Shown here: in pieces, positions 52,801 to 64,000 of the stretch
How the letters are laid out: the number at the start of each line of letters is the position of its first letter
How positions within the stretch are numbered: the first letter of the stretch is position 1
From: Owenia fusiformis
Taxonomy: Eukaryota
Direction: 5' to 3'
DNA: 64,000 nucleotides
Assembly: GCA_903813345.2 (NCBI GenBank)
Contig: CAIIXF020000001.1
Location: forward strand, 16,306,001 to 16,370,000
The notes under the pieces: generated by a model
Told to the model about the DNA's origin: nothing
Databases searched by the model: none
What the model saw: only the letters and a program-made list of their open reading frames with translations
Position numbers and translations under genes: made by a program

Positions 52801-55055
52801 AATCATATTTTCATTATATTACTGTAAAACCTGTCGTCGTGAACATCTATTTATAGTGAACACCTGTCTTTAGAGAACATCTTTCCTCCACACATACTCT
52901 ATTGACTTCTGTATAAACCACCCTCTCTGTAGTGAACACCTACCAACACGGAACATTTCTTTCGGAGAATGTATGTATATGCTCAATATACACAGGTTTT
53001 ACTGTACATATAAGATTTGCATTTTACACTCTACCCTTTGCTACCACTCAAGTATCTAGATTTTTTCAGCATGGTGCCAAAGTTATTTATGAAACGGATG
53101 ATGACAACCATCCAACTGATGGCCTCAGGGGTTTCATAACTACTAGCAAGATGTATGGCGTTGTACCATCAACAAACACGACTGTTCTGAACGCTTACGC
53201 TTACTATGGACAGCCGACGACATGGCCCAGAGGTTACCCATTGGACAAAATCGGGGACAGTATTTCGAGCGAGTACAATGCAGTGAACTGGAATACACCA
53301 CTGATACAACAAGGAGCTGTTAATGGTGATCCAGATGTAGATGCCATCTATAGACTAACCCGTAAATCAAATTCCAAATTATTAAATTTAACTTACGATG
53401 GTTTCATGCCGCCTTTGTTTTATCCAAAAGGTACATTTGTTCCTTTTAATTCCCAGAATACTTTGTGGCATTATGATGCATTCTGGGGTCTCATGCTGCC
53501 AATGACCTTGACATTACGTGTAACTGACATTTGGAGAAGTTACTTCACACAGACCCTACTTTGGCTTATTGATGGTCATTTAAGTTATATGCCCCCTAAT
53601 TGCTACCAGTTCAGGAATTATCATTCTTACATATTGGATGCGCAAGATGAAGGAAAGCTGTACAACCAAGCCAGTGAACTCATCACGTTTTTATCTACTT
53701 GGAAATGTAAATCAAATAGCCTTTCTATGTGTATGCAAATATTAGCAGATGCTATGGCGCACAAAGGATTTTGGGAAACTGCCGATGTTAAGCAAGTAGG
53801 CGCATGGTTGCAAGACCTTGTTACTATTGGATACAAGTTTCCGGCTATTACTACAGAACAATATGACGAACCCGTTGACTTTCCAATCACTCTTCAGTCT
53901 GATAATCGATTCCCCGTGTCTGTTCCCTCAGATTCAAAACTGCTTTATATTGGAGCGAAAAAATCCAAGATCAAAAATCTTCACTACAACACATGCAATA
54001 GCTACAGATACGAGTCTCCCAAATCTAGCCAGAGCGATAAACATCAACTGACACAACCAATCCCAATTTTGTTGCTGGTTATATTCAATACGCCACATTA
54101 TGAGAGTATTCCATACTTAGAGGAACTTTATGATGGTCATTTTGCAAAGACACTATACTGCGGTCCGGAAATGCCACACAAAGCTATCCTTCATGAATGG
54201 GAAATAAATTTTGTTACATTTAAGCAAGCAGGTGAGCTTCCGGGTAGCTACAACTATGAGTGTTTACTGAAGGTTCTCAAACTAGGATTGAGAGTGAAAG
54301 GTATCTTAACTATCGCTGATGACGCAATCATGAAAGTTAAAGCAATCACCAAGCTACCTTTAGATGAGGTATGGTTTAATCCGATAAATTTTTACTCAGA
54401 GAGGGAATTTTCAAAAATTGCTGAAGACACCTCGAAAATTGATCTAAAAGAGCCATTTATACTTAAAAACAACAAGGACAAGATCGCATCAGTGGAACAT
54501 GGCAAAATTTCACTTTGCAACATTTCAAACTTGCAGGGCAAATGTGAAATCACCAACCGTAACACACGACTCATGAAGTATGAAATGAACATTAAACATG
54601 CATTTGACGAGCTTTACCAATTACAGAATTCAAGCAAAGTTATTCAATCATTTCTTGTTGGTCTCTCTAAACACCTTTTCGGTAAGAAAAGGATAATATG
54701 GCAACCTTCAGATGTGTTTTACATACCACAGAAACATTTTGAAATGGCAGTACCCATTGTGGATGTCTTCTACAGACATGAGGTATTCCTTGAGTATGCA
54801 GTTCCAACTATACTGCACTCATTAGGAGTTAAGTACAGCAACATGGCCATGGCTGCATATAACTGGAATTATGGTGGAATACGTGATAAGCCATGGATAG
54901 TATTCTCATCATTTTTGAACAGTTCGCTTACATTCCTTCATCCTGTTAAATTAAGTGGAATAGTGAAAAACAATAGTGATATCACTAAAATTTTCTGTGA
55001 TGCTATGAATAGCAAGCACTTTGTGCATCCTTTTGGAAACGAATCCTCAAGTTAA
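49853..55055 (+). CDS. STELLO-like (DUF288) Golgi glycosyltransferase-like protein, 3 exons
   Basis: Exons 49853-50415, 50590-50710, 53070-55055; TM anchor; KWIIVTSI...WQLLVVADTKTPKDW, YARKTIGHLYAIQHGAKVIYETDDDN, WPRGYPL, PDVDAIYRL, PFNSQNT, RVTDIWRSY. Confidence 0.92.
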
Positions 55056-55131
55056 AGTCTCAGTAAAGTCTTCAGTGCAACAATAAACTAGAGATGGATA
55101 TCACAGACGGAGCTTGTGTTGAAATTCTTAA

Positions 55132-55731
55132 AGGGGTATTCCTTGCCAGACCATCTCTCTCCTTATATGGTAGCTATAACCATATACATACTTTGCAAGT
55201 TCATCAAAAAACAGAAAAATGTTTTGAAATGGTCATAATTGATCACTTAAAAATGTAGTGCTCAATTCCAGTAGGCTGCCATCTTTTAAAATTTCACTCA
55301 GGAAGTGATGTCATCGACTCTCAACTTGCATATAACATTAGGTAAGGAGCTATTAGAATTACTAAACCAGCTGAATATTTTTTTCAATTTGGTCTATAAT
55401 TAAAATCCTTTTGATGATCTCTTCTTTAGTTCTAAGTTGACAACTCCTGAAAATATTTTTACACAGAAGATAAGGGCTTCTTGTTTAGAAGTGATTTTGT
55501 ACTTCTTTCCTATACTGTAATAGACAAAGTTATAACAGGTGAGAGTCGATGACATCACTTCCTGAAAGAAATCTGAAAAGATGGCAGCTTACTGGGAATG
55601 AGTACTACATTTTTAAATGATCAATATTGACCATATGAAAAAATTTTCCCTTGTTTTGCTAAATATGTAAAGTATATATATGATTGTAGCTACCATATCA
55701 GGAGAGAAATAGTCTGGCAAGGAATGTTCCT
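55132..55731. mobile_element. Kolobok-like MITE with long TIRs and TTAA TSD
   Basis: TTAA|AGGGGTATTCCTTGCCAGAC...GTCTGGCAAGGAATGTTCCT|TTAA; arms about 200 bp. Confidence 0.75.
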
Positions 55732-55982
55732 TTAAACATCAATGCAGGGCGTTTAAAAACGCAACAAATAAAAACCAAAAACAGTGATGACTGCATCTAT
55801 TTCACTCAATGTACCATAAAGCAAAATTTCTCCTCTTTTCAATGATATATCTTTTATTTACAAGGGGTAATATAATGGATGGTTGAATAATCATTGTTTT
55901 GCACAGTTGGTTCTTAATTATAATGACTGTACAATAGCTGAATACTATAAAGGAGTACGGAACGAAGAGAAGATCACGATCT

Positions 55983-58900
55983 TTACTTGCTGCATACTGC
56001 ACACGTAAGTTCGTATCCTTGGTGGTAGTTTGGACAAGGGAGAGCGCCACAATGGGCCTCAACTAAGTAAAGCAATCCCCCATCCTTGTTCTCATATCCA
56101 CTTATATCTGCCTCGGGTGCCTCATCAACGCAAATAAACTCCGACTTCTGTTGAGTGTGATGCTGGCTCATGAGGTAGCCATTATACTCTCGTGTCCATG
56201 TATCAGGGCATGACTTTTGTGCAGGAATCATAACACCACTGCTTCTGTCAGGGACTCTGCAAACTGCGCACACAGCGTCGTGGTCATGAAGCCATGTGGA
56301 AGGTTTACTTGGGTCGGGGTAGTTGTCTGTTTTGAATGGGCTATTGACCTGAATTTCATACTCGACTCCGTAGATATAGGCCCCTGACTGTTCACCATCT
56401 GTGGTCTTGCCCCATTCTGGCACCTCTGGGAGACAAAGGTAGTTACTTCCTGACCCAGTGTGTGTATAGTGAGATAGTCCCATTATGCCTGGAAACGTGA
56501 GGATACATTGTTCATGCATAAATGCAAGGCGCATTCAGTAGTACATACGATCTCTAAGAATAAAACGTTTTCCTTCGATTCCTCATTTATTTTCTTAAAC
56601 ATACCACTTTCATCTAACGACCACTGTACAAATATACTTTTAAATAACATAATTTTTGTATACCATCGTATGACATTTGATTTAATGCAGAAGTGTCATG
56701 TTTTTAGAAATAATGCTCATTTGCTCCCAAACACATCTGTTTATGCAAAATTTAATAAACCCAATTTCCTCAGCAATTTGCAAAAATCGTGGATTCTAAA
56801 TGACAAACACGATACTAAGTTGCCATGGTATTACCTGAATATAACTTCTCCCTATTAACCGGACAGGTTGTTCTCCCCCATCTCACATAAACAGCACCTC
56901 CTGCGGGACCACCTATCCCAGGAGGTCCTCTAGGGCCAGGTGGTCCTGGGCTACCCTGTATACCAGTAGATACATTTCTGGACTCATCCTGGCGAAATGT
57001 ATCCATCAGTTTTGTGACATGCTCTTCTGATAATCCATGACCATTTGATCCCTACAGAACATATGGAAAAATGAAGAAAAACAAGTATTTTTTCATATTA
57101 CTTTAAAATACCACAATAAATATATCCTTCCATTCAAGGACTACCTTGTCATACGCATGTTTTCATAAACACTTACATCCTTCCCATCTCTACCAGCGAT
57201 TCCATCTCTCCCAGGTAATCCATCTCTCCCGGGTGGACCGGGTGGCCCGCCTGGTCCTATCAATCCATCTCGCCCATCTCGACAATACCCAGCGTTACCT
57301 TCAACGACAATGGGATTTGTGTAGAACAATTAGATAAAAATTTGATCGTTAATTCACCAAACATATTTGTCAATATTAGGGAAATACCAGCGCTTACATT
57401 CTCTTTTAAAATGGCGGACGGTAGGTGTCGATTGTTCTAGTTCTAGTTCTTGATTATTTTCATTGTTACAATTTAGTCATACAAATTAATCCGCATCGGT
57501 ATTTGTTTTGTAACAATTTGTAACTTACATTTATAGTTTTTGATTGTACTTGTATCTGTTATTGTGTATGTATAAGGTGTCATGTAACGTGACGTTTTGT
57601 AAATGCATTTTTACTTGTTTCACAGTTTTTACTTGATTCACAGTTTTTAACGTACACTTGCATTCTAGCTCTAACATCACAGTTCATGTCTGTTCAAGCG
57701 CTTTTGAACATGGTGTGTACTGTTTTTATTGTAATCTCATTTATTTGAGCTGTGCTCATTCTGTTTTTTTTAAAAATTTTTAATTAGAAATTTTACATGA
57801 ATTTTCACCTTGGTGAAAATTATTTCCACCTCGGTAGAAACTATTTACTACGCGTAAAAAAAATAATTTCCACCGCGGAAATTAATTTTCACCGCGGTGG
57901 GAAATAATTTCCACCGAGGTGAAAATAGAATAAAAAAATTTAATTCAAAAATCAAAACAAAAAAAATAAAAAAAACGAAAATTCTTAATTCCGAAAAAAA
58001 ATTCATGTCCCTAATAAAGCTTCGTAATATACACTTATTATATAATCTTTAGGTGGTTAGACAATTAGTTATGGTATAATCGTTTATTTCAATTAGTACT
58101 TAGAAATATATATGTAACATTATGTAATATCGCCAAACAAAACTCATTCTTGTTTGTTATTAGTTTATCAACGTAATTAGCTAAAGGCCTTATTGAAAAT
58201 TTTGGTAAGCTATGTCTGATAACGATTAACAGAAGCACACATATACGATATTCTTTGTAGTACAAGGAAAATTCCTCTTAATTAAGTAGAATCGTTTAGA
58301 TTTCCTCAATTAGCTTGGAAAGTCGGATATCCCGATTTCAGATTGACTCACTCCCTTTCAAACTATCAACCCTTTATTTACATCATTGGATGTATGACAC
58401 AGTGACATTTTAGAAAGCACAAATCATAGCCGAGGAGCAATAATACTCACTTGCAGGTGTAATTTGACGCTTCCTTCGCTTCAGCTGAAGAACGGATTCG
58501 TCTTGCTTAACATCTGTTTTATCACCATCATAAATGTTGTCGTATATCAACTGCTGAAAATATAGTATATTGGTATGTTTATATATAATATTAAGGCTTG
58601 GTTAATACCCAGGGATACCATCACCAAAACATTGTTCATGACGATGCAAACGTTCTTTAAAATAGATAAAAATCCATTTAAGGATTTCCGAGTTCAGAAA
58701 GCCAGATTGAAAAAGTAAGTCATAAAGGAACAGCCTCTCATAAAACTTATCAATAACGGGCGAAAATTCAATACTCCCTCATATCTGTTTTGTTGCTTAC
58801 AAAATCTCCATCTTTCACGAAACACAGCATAGTTAGATGGACCGTGTTAAACTTAACATTCCTGATCATAGTTATAAATCCTGATGATACTATATTGATT

Positions 58901-59146
58901 ATGATGAGTAAGGAGTATTAAAAACACTAAATATACAACATTATTAGTTGGTCTGTATACCTGCAATTCAAGACTATCCATACGGGACCTAAGTTCATTA
59001 ATCTCATCTCTTGCTCCATTTAGTTCCTTTATTCCTTGTTGCAATTCGTAATGAAATGTAATTGTGCAAGTCAGAGACGCAATAGCTAGTCCGATAGTGA
59101 ACACAATGGCAATGGATACCAAACACTTTTTTTCTTCATTTTCCAT
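55983..59146 (-). CDS. Type II membrane short-chain collagen (C4-like) with furin site and Cys-rich C-terminal domain, 5 exons
   Basis: Exons 59146-58961, 58553-58451, 57298-57177, 57051-56835, 56488-55983 join in frame; TM, coiled coil, RRKR, CRDGRDG, Gly-X-Y runs, GGAVYVRWGRTTCP, NYLCLP, CAVC, EYNGYLM, ELTCAVCSK. Confidence 0.92.
57800..57927. repeat. Palindromic ~21-bp minisatellite in the collagen gene intron
   Basis: Units like ATTTTCACCGCGGTGGAAAT repeated about 5 times. Confidence 0.6.
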
Positions 59147-59564
59147 TTTGTTTATTAATCAGTTCATGTCTTTTCTCTGAGCCGTTTCTGAATGACTCGT
59201 GTTTATAATTATTTTATAATTACAGTTATTGACTTCCCAGTTCAGTTTTAAATACGTCTAATAAAATTAGAAACAGTAACAGAGAGACTAGCAACGCCAA
59301 GAGACAATGGAAATTCGATAACTTCCCGGATGGTAAAGACACCATTGTGACTGACTAATTCTGATCAACTGACTTATTATAGGAGGATGTCAACAACTTG
59401 AGCCCAAAGAACCTAGAAATGTTATGCCTGATATGCCATCTTCGCTAAAAGAGATATATTGCTTGAAATTTTTACCTTAATTTTTGGGCCCAATTTTCAT
59501 ATTTTCTGGGCCCAACTTAGGGGGGGGGGGCAGGCCCCATGCCCCCCCCCGGATCCGCCACTGT

Positions 59565-59925
59565 ATATGGTGTACCAGATACCATCATTTATGTCTTTGT
59601 CCTCTTTCAAATGATACTTTTTTTTCCACAGATGACTGAGCAATTAGGGATTTAGGTTACCATGTCAGAAATGGGTTTGTGCCAGTAGACCTTCCACTGC
59701 TGCAACAATCCTGGTCCTTAGATCATCAACGTCTCTTGGTGATGTTGTGTAGACTCTATCCTTGAGATAAACCTAAATAACCACCCTGGCATAGTCATTT
59801 CAATCCCTCATCCAGTCATTCATGAAAGAAAAAGTGGCACAAACCCATTTCTGACATGGTCACTTCAATTTCTTAGAACTCAGTCATCCGTGAAGTAAAA
59901 AAGGCAACTGTGGTATCATAAAAAG
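59565..59925 (-). mobile_element. Mariner-derived MITE with transposase fragment
   Basis: Inverted arms CCATGTCAGAAATGGGTTTGTGCCA / TGGCACAAACCCATTTCTGACATGG enclose minus-strand YLKDRVYTTSPRDVDDLRTRIVAAVE (~59692-59770). Confidence 0.7.
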
Positions 59926-61115
59926 GACATCTTCATATTGAAGAAATAAGCTATTGAATATGTAGCCTAACAATTCTCTTACATATTCATAGCACCAATT
60001 GATACCCTATGTGCCTCAGGTAAAGTTTTCAAAGAATTCGGCTTATTTATTGCTGAGAAACTACTTTTTCAAATCGCTTCCCATTTTTAGTAGAAACGCT
60101 TTGAAGTTCTGACTGCGTTCCTCCGTATGGGATCTTTAGACATGCTATCTTGAATTTTTTAGTACTCGCACAACATTTATGCAATCTTTTTTTTTATATT
60201 TTTACAACTTGCAAACGATACTCCTGGGCTGCTTTGTACAAAGTTTCAATGAATTTGGTTCATCAGTTGCCGAGAAAAGATAAGTGATTCAATTTTGAAA
60301 CTCCCGATATTCCAAACGGTAACTGGAGCTATAAAATTAAAAATAAAAAACTCATTTTTTTACTTTTGTCAAAGGAAAAAGGCAATATCGAGAGTGGAGA
60401 CGACTATGGATATGCACCTTAAAATTTGAAGAAAATGGGAAACGATCGAGTAAATGACATTTTAACAGTTCAATCTTTCAGTACTTCATCTCAATTCATC
60501 ACATGTCAGTTGTCACGTCATTCCATTCCAAGTCATTCCATTTATGTCTGAATTAAATATGTTCCGTTAGATGTTTATTATGATTTTCATTTGTATAAAC
60601 ATGTTTACAAATGAAGCAGTTCCCAAGCGTGAAGGACTTATCTGTAGATGTGGATTATCACGTCGGAGGATATTCCACGAATTTTATCAAAAAGTTCAAG
60701 GTTTAGACATTTCAGTAAATTCTTAAAGGCTCTTCCTCAACTAATTTCAATGGATTAAAAACTTAAAATAATAAAATATTTCCAGATCCACAGCTCAGAA
60801 CGATTATGCTTTTGTAATTACTTAATAATAAGCGATCTCGTTGTTGATTTTATGTGATATGTGAGACGACATGTTGGTGCTTTAATACGACGTACATACG
60901 TATATGTGCAACAATCTCCTTTAAAGTAAAGCATTAAAAAGTTTACTTTGCTCTTGATGGCCATGATCTTGGTAAACAATTCGAAATCATAAAAGGTCAA
61001 GTGTTCAAAATAAACATGATTCAAATATAAACAAAAATATTTTCTTAAAAATTATAAAACACACAAAATAAAGAAATACACACACCACATCTGGATTAAA
61101 AAGAAATATTTCAAA

Positions 61116-63279
61116 ATGGAGAATAAAGACAGAAAATGTTTGACATCCATTGCTATTGTGTTAACTATGGGGCTTGCTATTGTGTCTCTAGCTTGCTCAA
61201 TTACATTTTATTACGAATTGCAACTAGGAAAAGAGGAAACCAGGAAACTGAAAGAACGCATTGAAATGCTGGAAACACTAGTAAGTAGAATCAATTTTTA
61301 TGAATATATTTATTATGTATTATACAGGGAACACGACGTTTTATCTAACAACACTTTGTCAACCGTGCATCGCATTGTTTAATCATCAAGTCCTGAATAT
61401 ATTGTCTCATATGCAAAATTATGTTTGAACTTCGAATTATTTCAAAATAAGTGATAAAAACAATCACTCATTGTGACGTCATATTTCCCATAATTCACAA
61501 GTGTAGTACAGTAACACGCGGTCAATAATATGATATCCCATGATGCACAAGTGAGGTACAGGCAAAAATGTTGACCGCTAGTTGACCAATCAGATGCGAG
61601 TATTTACACTGAGGTACTAACAATTAAAATTATTCACCGCTCGTTGACCAATCAAAATCGAGTATTTCAACTGAGGTACTAACAATAGTCACAGTATAAT
61701 GTTTGAGGAAATTTCTTTGGTCGTTTGAGACAATTAAATACAAAAATACCAATATTTAGCTTGTGAATATCTTCTAATTTAAGTATTTTCCTAAATTGTG
61801 GAGAGGAATCGTTTCTTCTAGCCCTGTTTGTAATTAGACTAAGAATCGTTTTTGTACTTTTAGAATTTGAAACAATAAAGCTTTAGTTGCTGTTCCTCAG
61901 AGAAGAATACAATAATTTATATGGATATATATGAGAAAGTAGTAAATACAGGCCCTATAGATATCATTGCAGTGTGATTTTTCCTATTTTTAATCTTGTA
62001 AAGAATTCCAACTACTTGTGATATTTAGGTAGATACATGAGCAATATGTTCATTCCATTTTAGTTTATCATCGATAATAACTCCAAGAAAAGTAGTCTTT
62101 GAAATTCTCTCAATAGGTATATTTCGAATTTTAATATTTAGCATTTTTATTTCAAATGTTTTTGATTTCTGTGAATTAAAGATCATGAATTTAGATTTTT
62201 CTGTATTAAGCGATAGTTTATTTACACGTAGCCATTCGTCAAGAATTTCTAATTCAGAGTTTACATGATTAATAAGAGTACTTAGATTTTTATGTGAGCA
62301 GAGGAGATTTGTATAGTATAATTTTTGAAGAAGTATCTCATGATTAACAGTATCAAATGCTTTAGATAAGTCGATAAAAATGGCAATATTAAAATCTTTC
62401 TTTTCAATTCAATGGGATTAATATAATGTCTCTAAGAAGCTGGTAATAGCCATATATGTAGATCTAGTTTTCCTAAAGCCAAATTGATGTTCACAGAAGA
62501 TTTTGTATTTTTCTAGAAAATCTATGAGTCGATTTGCCATTACTCGCTCCAGCACTTTTGAGAATACTGATAATAGGGAGTTTGGTCTATAATTATTGAA
62601 TTTAGTTTCACCCTCCTTTTTGAACATAAGTTTGATTTGACCTTGGCCAGGGCTTTTGTATCCAAGTTCTTTAGAGATTTTGCTCATTTCATAATTTGAG
62701 ACATCTGATAGGAAAATTGACCTGTTAAAATTTTTTTCAAGTTCTTTTTTCTAAATAATACCTTGGCTGTTTCAATACTACATGTAATAATCCCCATCAA
62801 GATTTTTGTTTGAAACGTCTCCACAGATCATCACCATATGGGTTTTAAAATACATGGTGATAGAGATTATTAATCAAGTCTGATATAAACGGTGACAATA
62901 ACTGTCATTAAACAAGAATTTCGCAGTATTTCTTTTCAGTATAGTTGAGTACGTATTTGAGGAGAGCTCGAACTAAGATTAGATGATGCTCTTTACGTAT
63001 GAACTTGCTGTCTGGTTCCTTGATATGTGTTCCCCATGAGTCAAAATACCTTGTTTGTCCCGCAGTGGTAGCTGTACAAGGAGTGGTGATCATGCCCAAC
63101 GTTCTTTGTGAAGATTCGACAATCAAAATTCACGTATACTAGTACGTTATGTTTATAATTGTATACTCATTTTCAGCAATGGTCGTAAATTTATGATGGT
63201 GACAAAACAGATGTTAAACAAGATGATTCCATACGAATGATTCGGCGTAGAAAACGCCAAGCTGCAAGTACTGCTGCAA
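61116..63279 (+). pseudogene. Divergent paralog of the short-collagen gene (first 2 exons; rest beyond the window) with an in-frame TAA
   Basis: Exon 1 61116-61280 MENKDRKCLTSIAIVLTMGL...; exon 2 63177-63279 (103 nt, same length as in the paralog) reads CAA TGG TCG TAA then IYDGDKTDVKQDDS...RRRKRQ. Confidence 0.7.
61790..62770 (-). mobile_element. Degraded non-LTR (CR1/L2-like) reverse transcriptase fragment
   Basis: YRPNSLLSVFSKVLE...HQFGFR, IFIDLSKAFDTVNH, FLGVIIDDKLKW, with frameshifts and deletions. Confidence 0.85.
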
Positions 63280-63639
63280 GTAAGCGCTAGGCTATATAGA
63301 GAAACGCCATTCAATAATTTTGGTATTATTCAGATAAGAGGTAATAATATATCATATCAGGAAATGACTACAATGCAGCATTTAAAATCCACATATACGG
63401 CAAGTTAATAAGTTATCGGCGCTGTCTGTTGCGGAAAGGCCATTTTGTGGAATGGTGGAAATAAGGGAGCTCTCTTGTAATGATGTGTCGCGCATGCATT
63501 GTTACACATTTTGTGGCGTAATCCAGAGGATCCTCGCTTTTAACTTGATAATGTGACGTTTTTGAGAAAAATGTACACACATGAAAATCCTTTCGTCCTC
63601 CACATTTACCTCTATATCCCGAAACATTTTAGACGAATA

Positions 63640-63880
63640 ACTCTGATATCATATATATATTTAAACCTGGCTGAACTCTGACACAGAGAAGCAATGTGCA
63701 TCTCTTTTCTCTGATTATACACCGTATTTCTCTTCTAGAACTGATCGTGCAGGCGGGGGTGCTGCTTTATTCATTTTTAATGGTATTTGCCACAAATTCA
63801 GACATGATATCAAATTTCACGATGATCAGTGCAATTCCTTAGCCATTGAAATTGTCAACCAACAATCTAAGAACATCATC
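63640..63880 (+). mobile_element. Degraded LINE APE-endonuclease fragment
   Basis: TWLN...SSRTDRAGGGAALFI motif. Confidence 0.5.
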
Positions 63881-64000
63881 CAAGCCGCAAATGTGCTTCG
63901 GTTAGGCCGATTTCTACTTCCGCCGGGACGTCATAAAGTCCGATATTTCGATTTCGTCGGTAGAGCCCCAAATCACCCAGCCATTTTTGATTGTTCCTAA

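Noticed and set aside
52932-53069. N-terminal extension of the 707-aa ORF
   Set aside because: Intronic; the acceptor TTTTTTCAG at 53069 joins exon 2 to give the conserved YAIQHGAK.
62908-63126. YFDSWG motif resembling a Polinton/adenoviral protease
   Set aside because: No catalytic His or Cys context and no other Polinton genes.

Overview
AT-rich, intron-containing animal DNA, probably from a marine invertebrate (inferred from the gene and repeat content). Host genes: a frameshifted type II membrane DxD glycosyltransferase-like gene (2154-3244), a 2-exon SPRY-like gene (-) head-to-head with a 9-coding-exon BZW/5MP eIF5-mimic gene (+), a STELLO/DUF288-like glycosyltransferase (+), and a divergent pair of type II membrane short-collagen genes, the second with an in-frame stop. 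The centre is a 27.5-kb nested transposon stack: a Tc1/mariner-like repeat contains an LTR element with identical 698-bp LTRs and a decayed interior, which contains a Sola3-like long-TIR element, then a Ty3/gypsy element with 2.08-kb LTRs, then a Helentron/HINE, then a short-TIR MITE. Three observations stand out. (1) The outer LTR ends in a 34-bp-period array of [LTR end + tRNA-like PBS] units that is copied into both LTRs. (2) The inner gypsy keeps one 990-codon Gag-protease-integrase ORF from which RT, RNase H and the integrase catalytic core are deleted in frame. (3) A 987-bp CAC...GTG foldback has a 5-bp TSD (Transib/RAG-like signature) supported by an empty-site copy in the window. All comparisons were made by eye; no searches were run.
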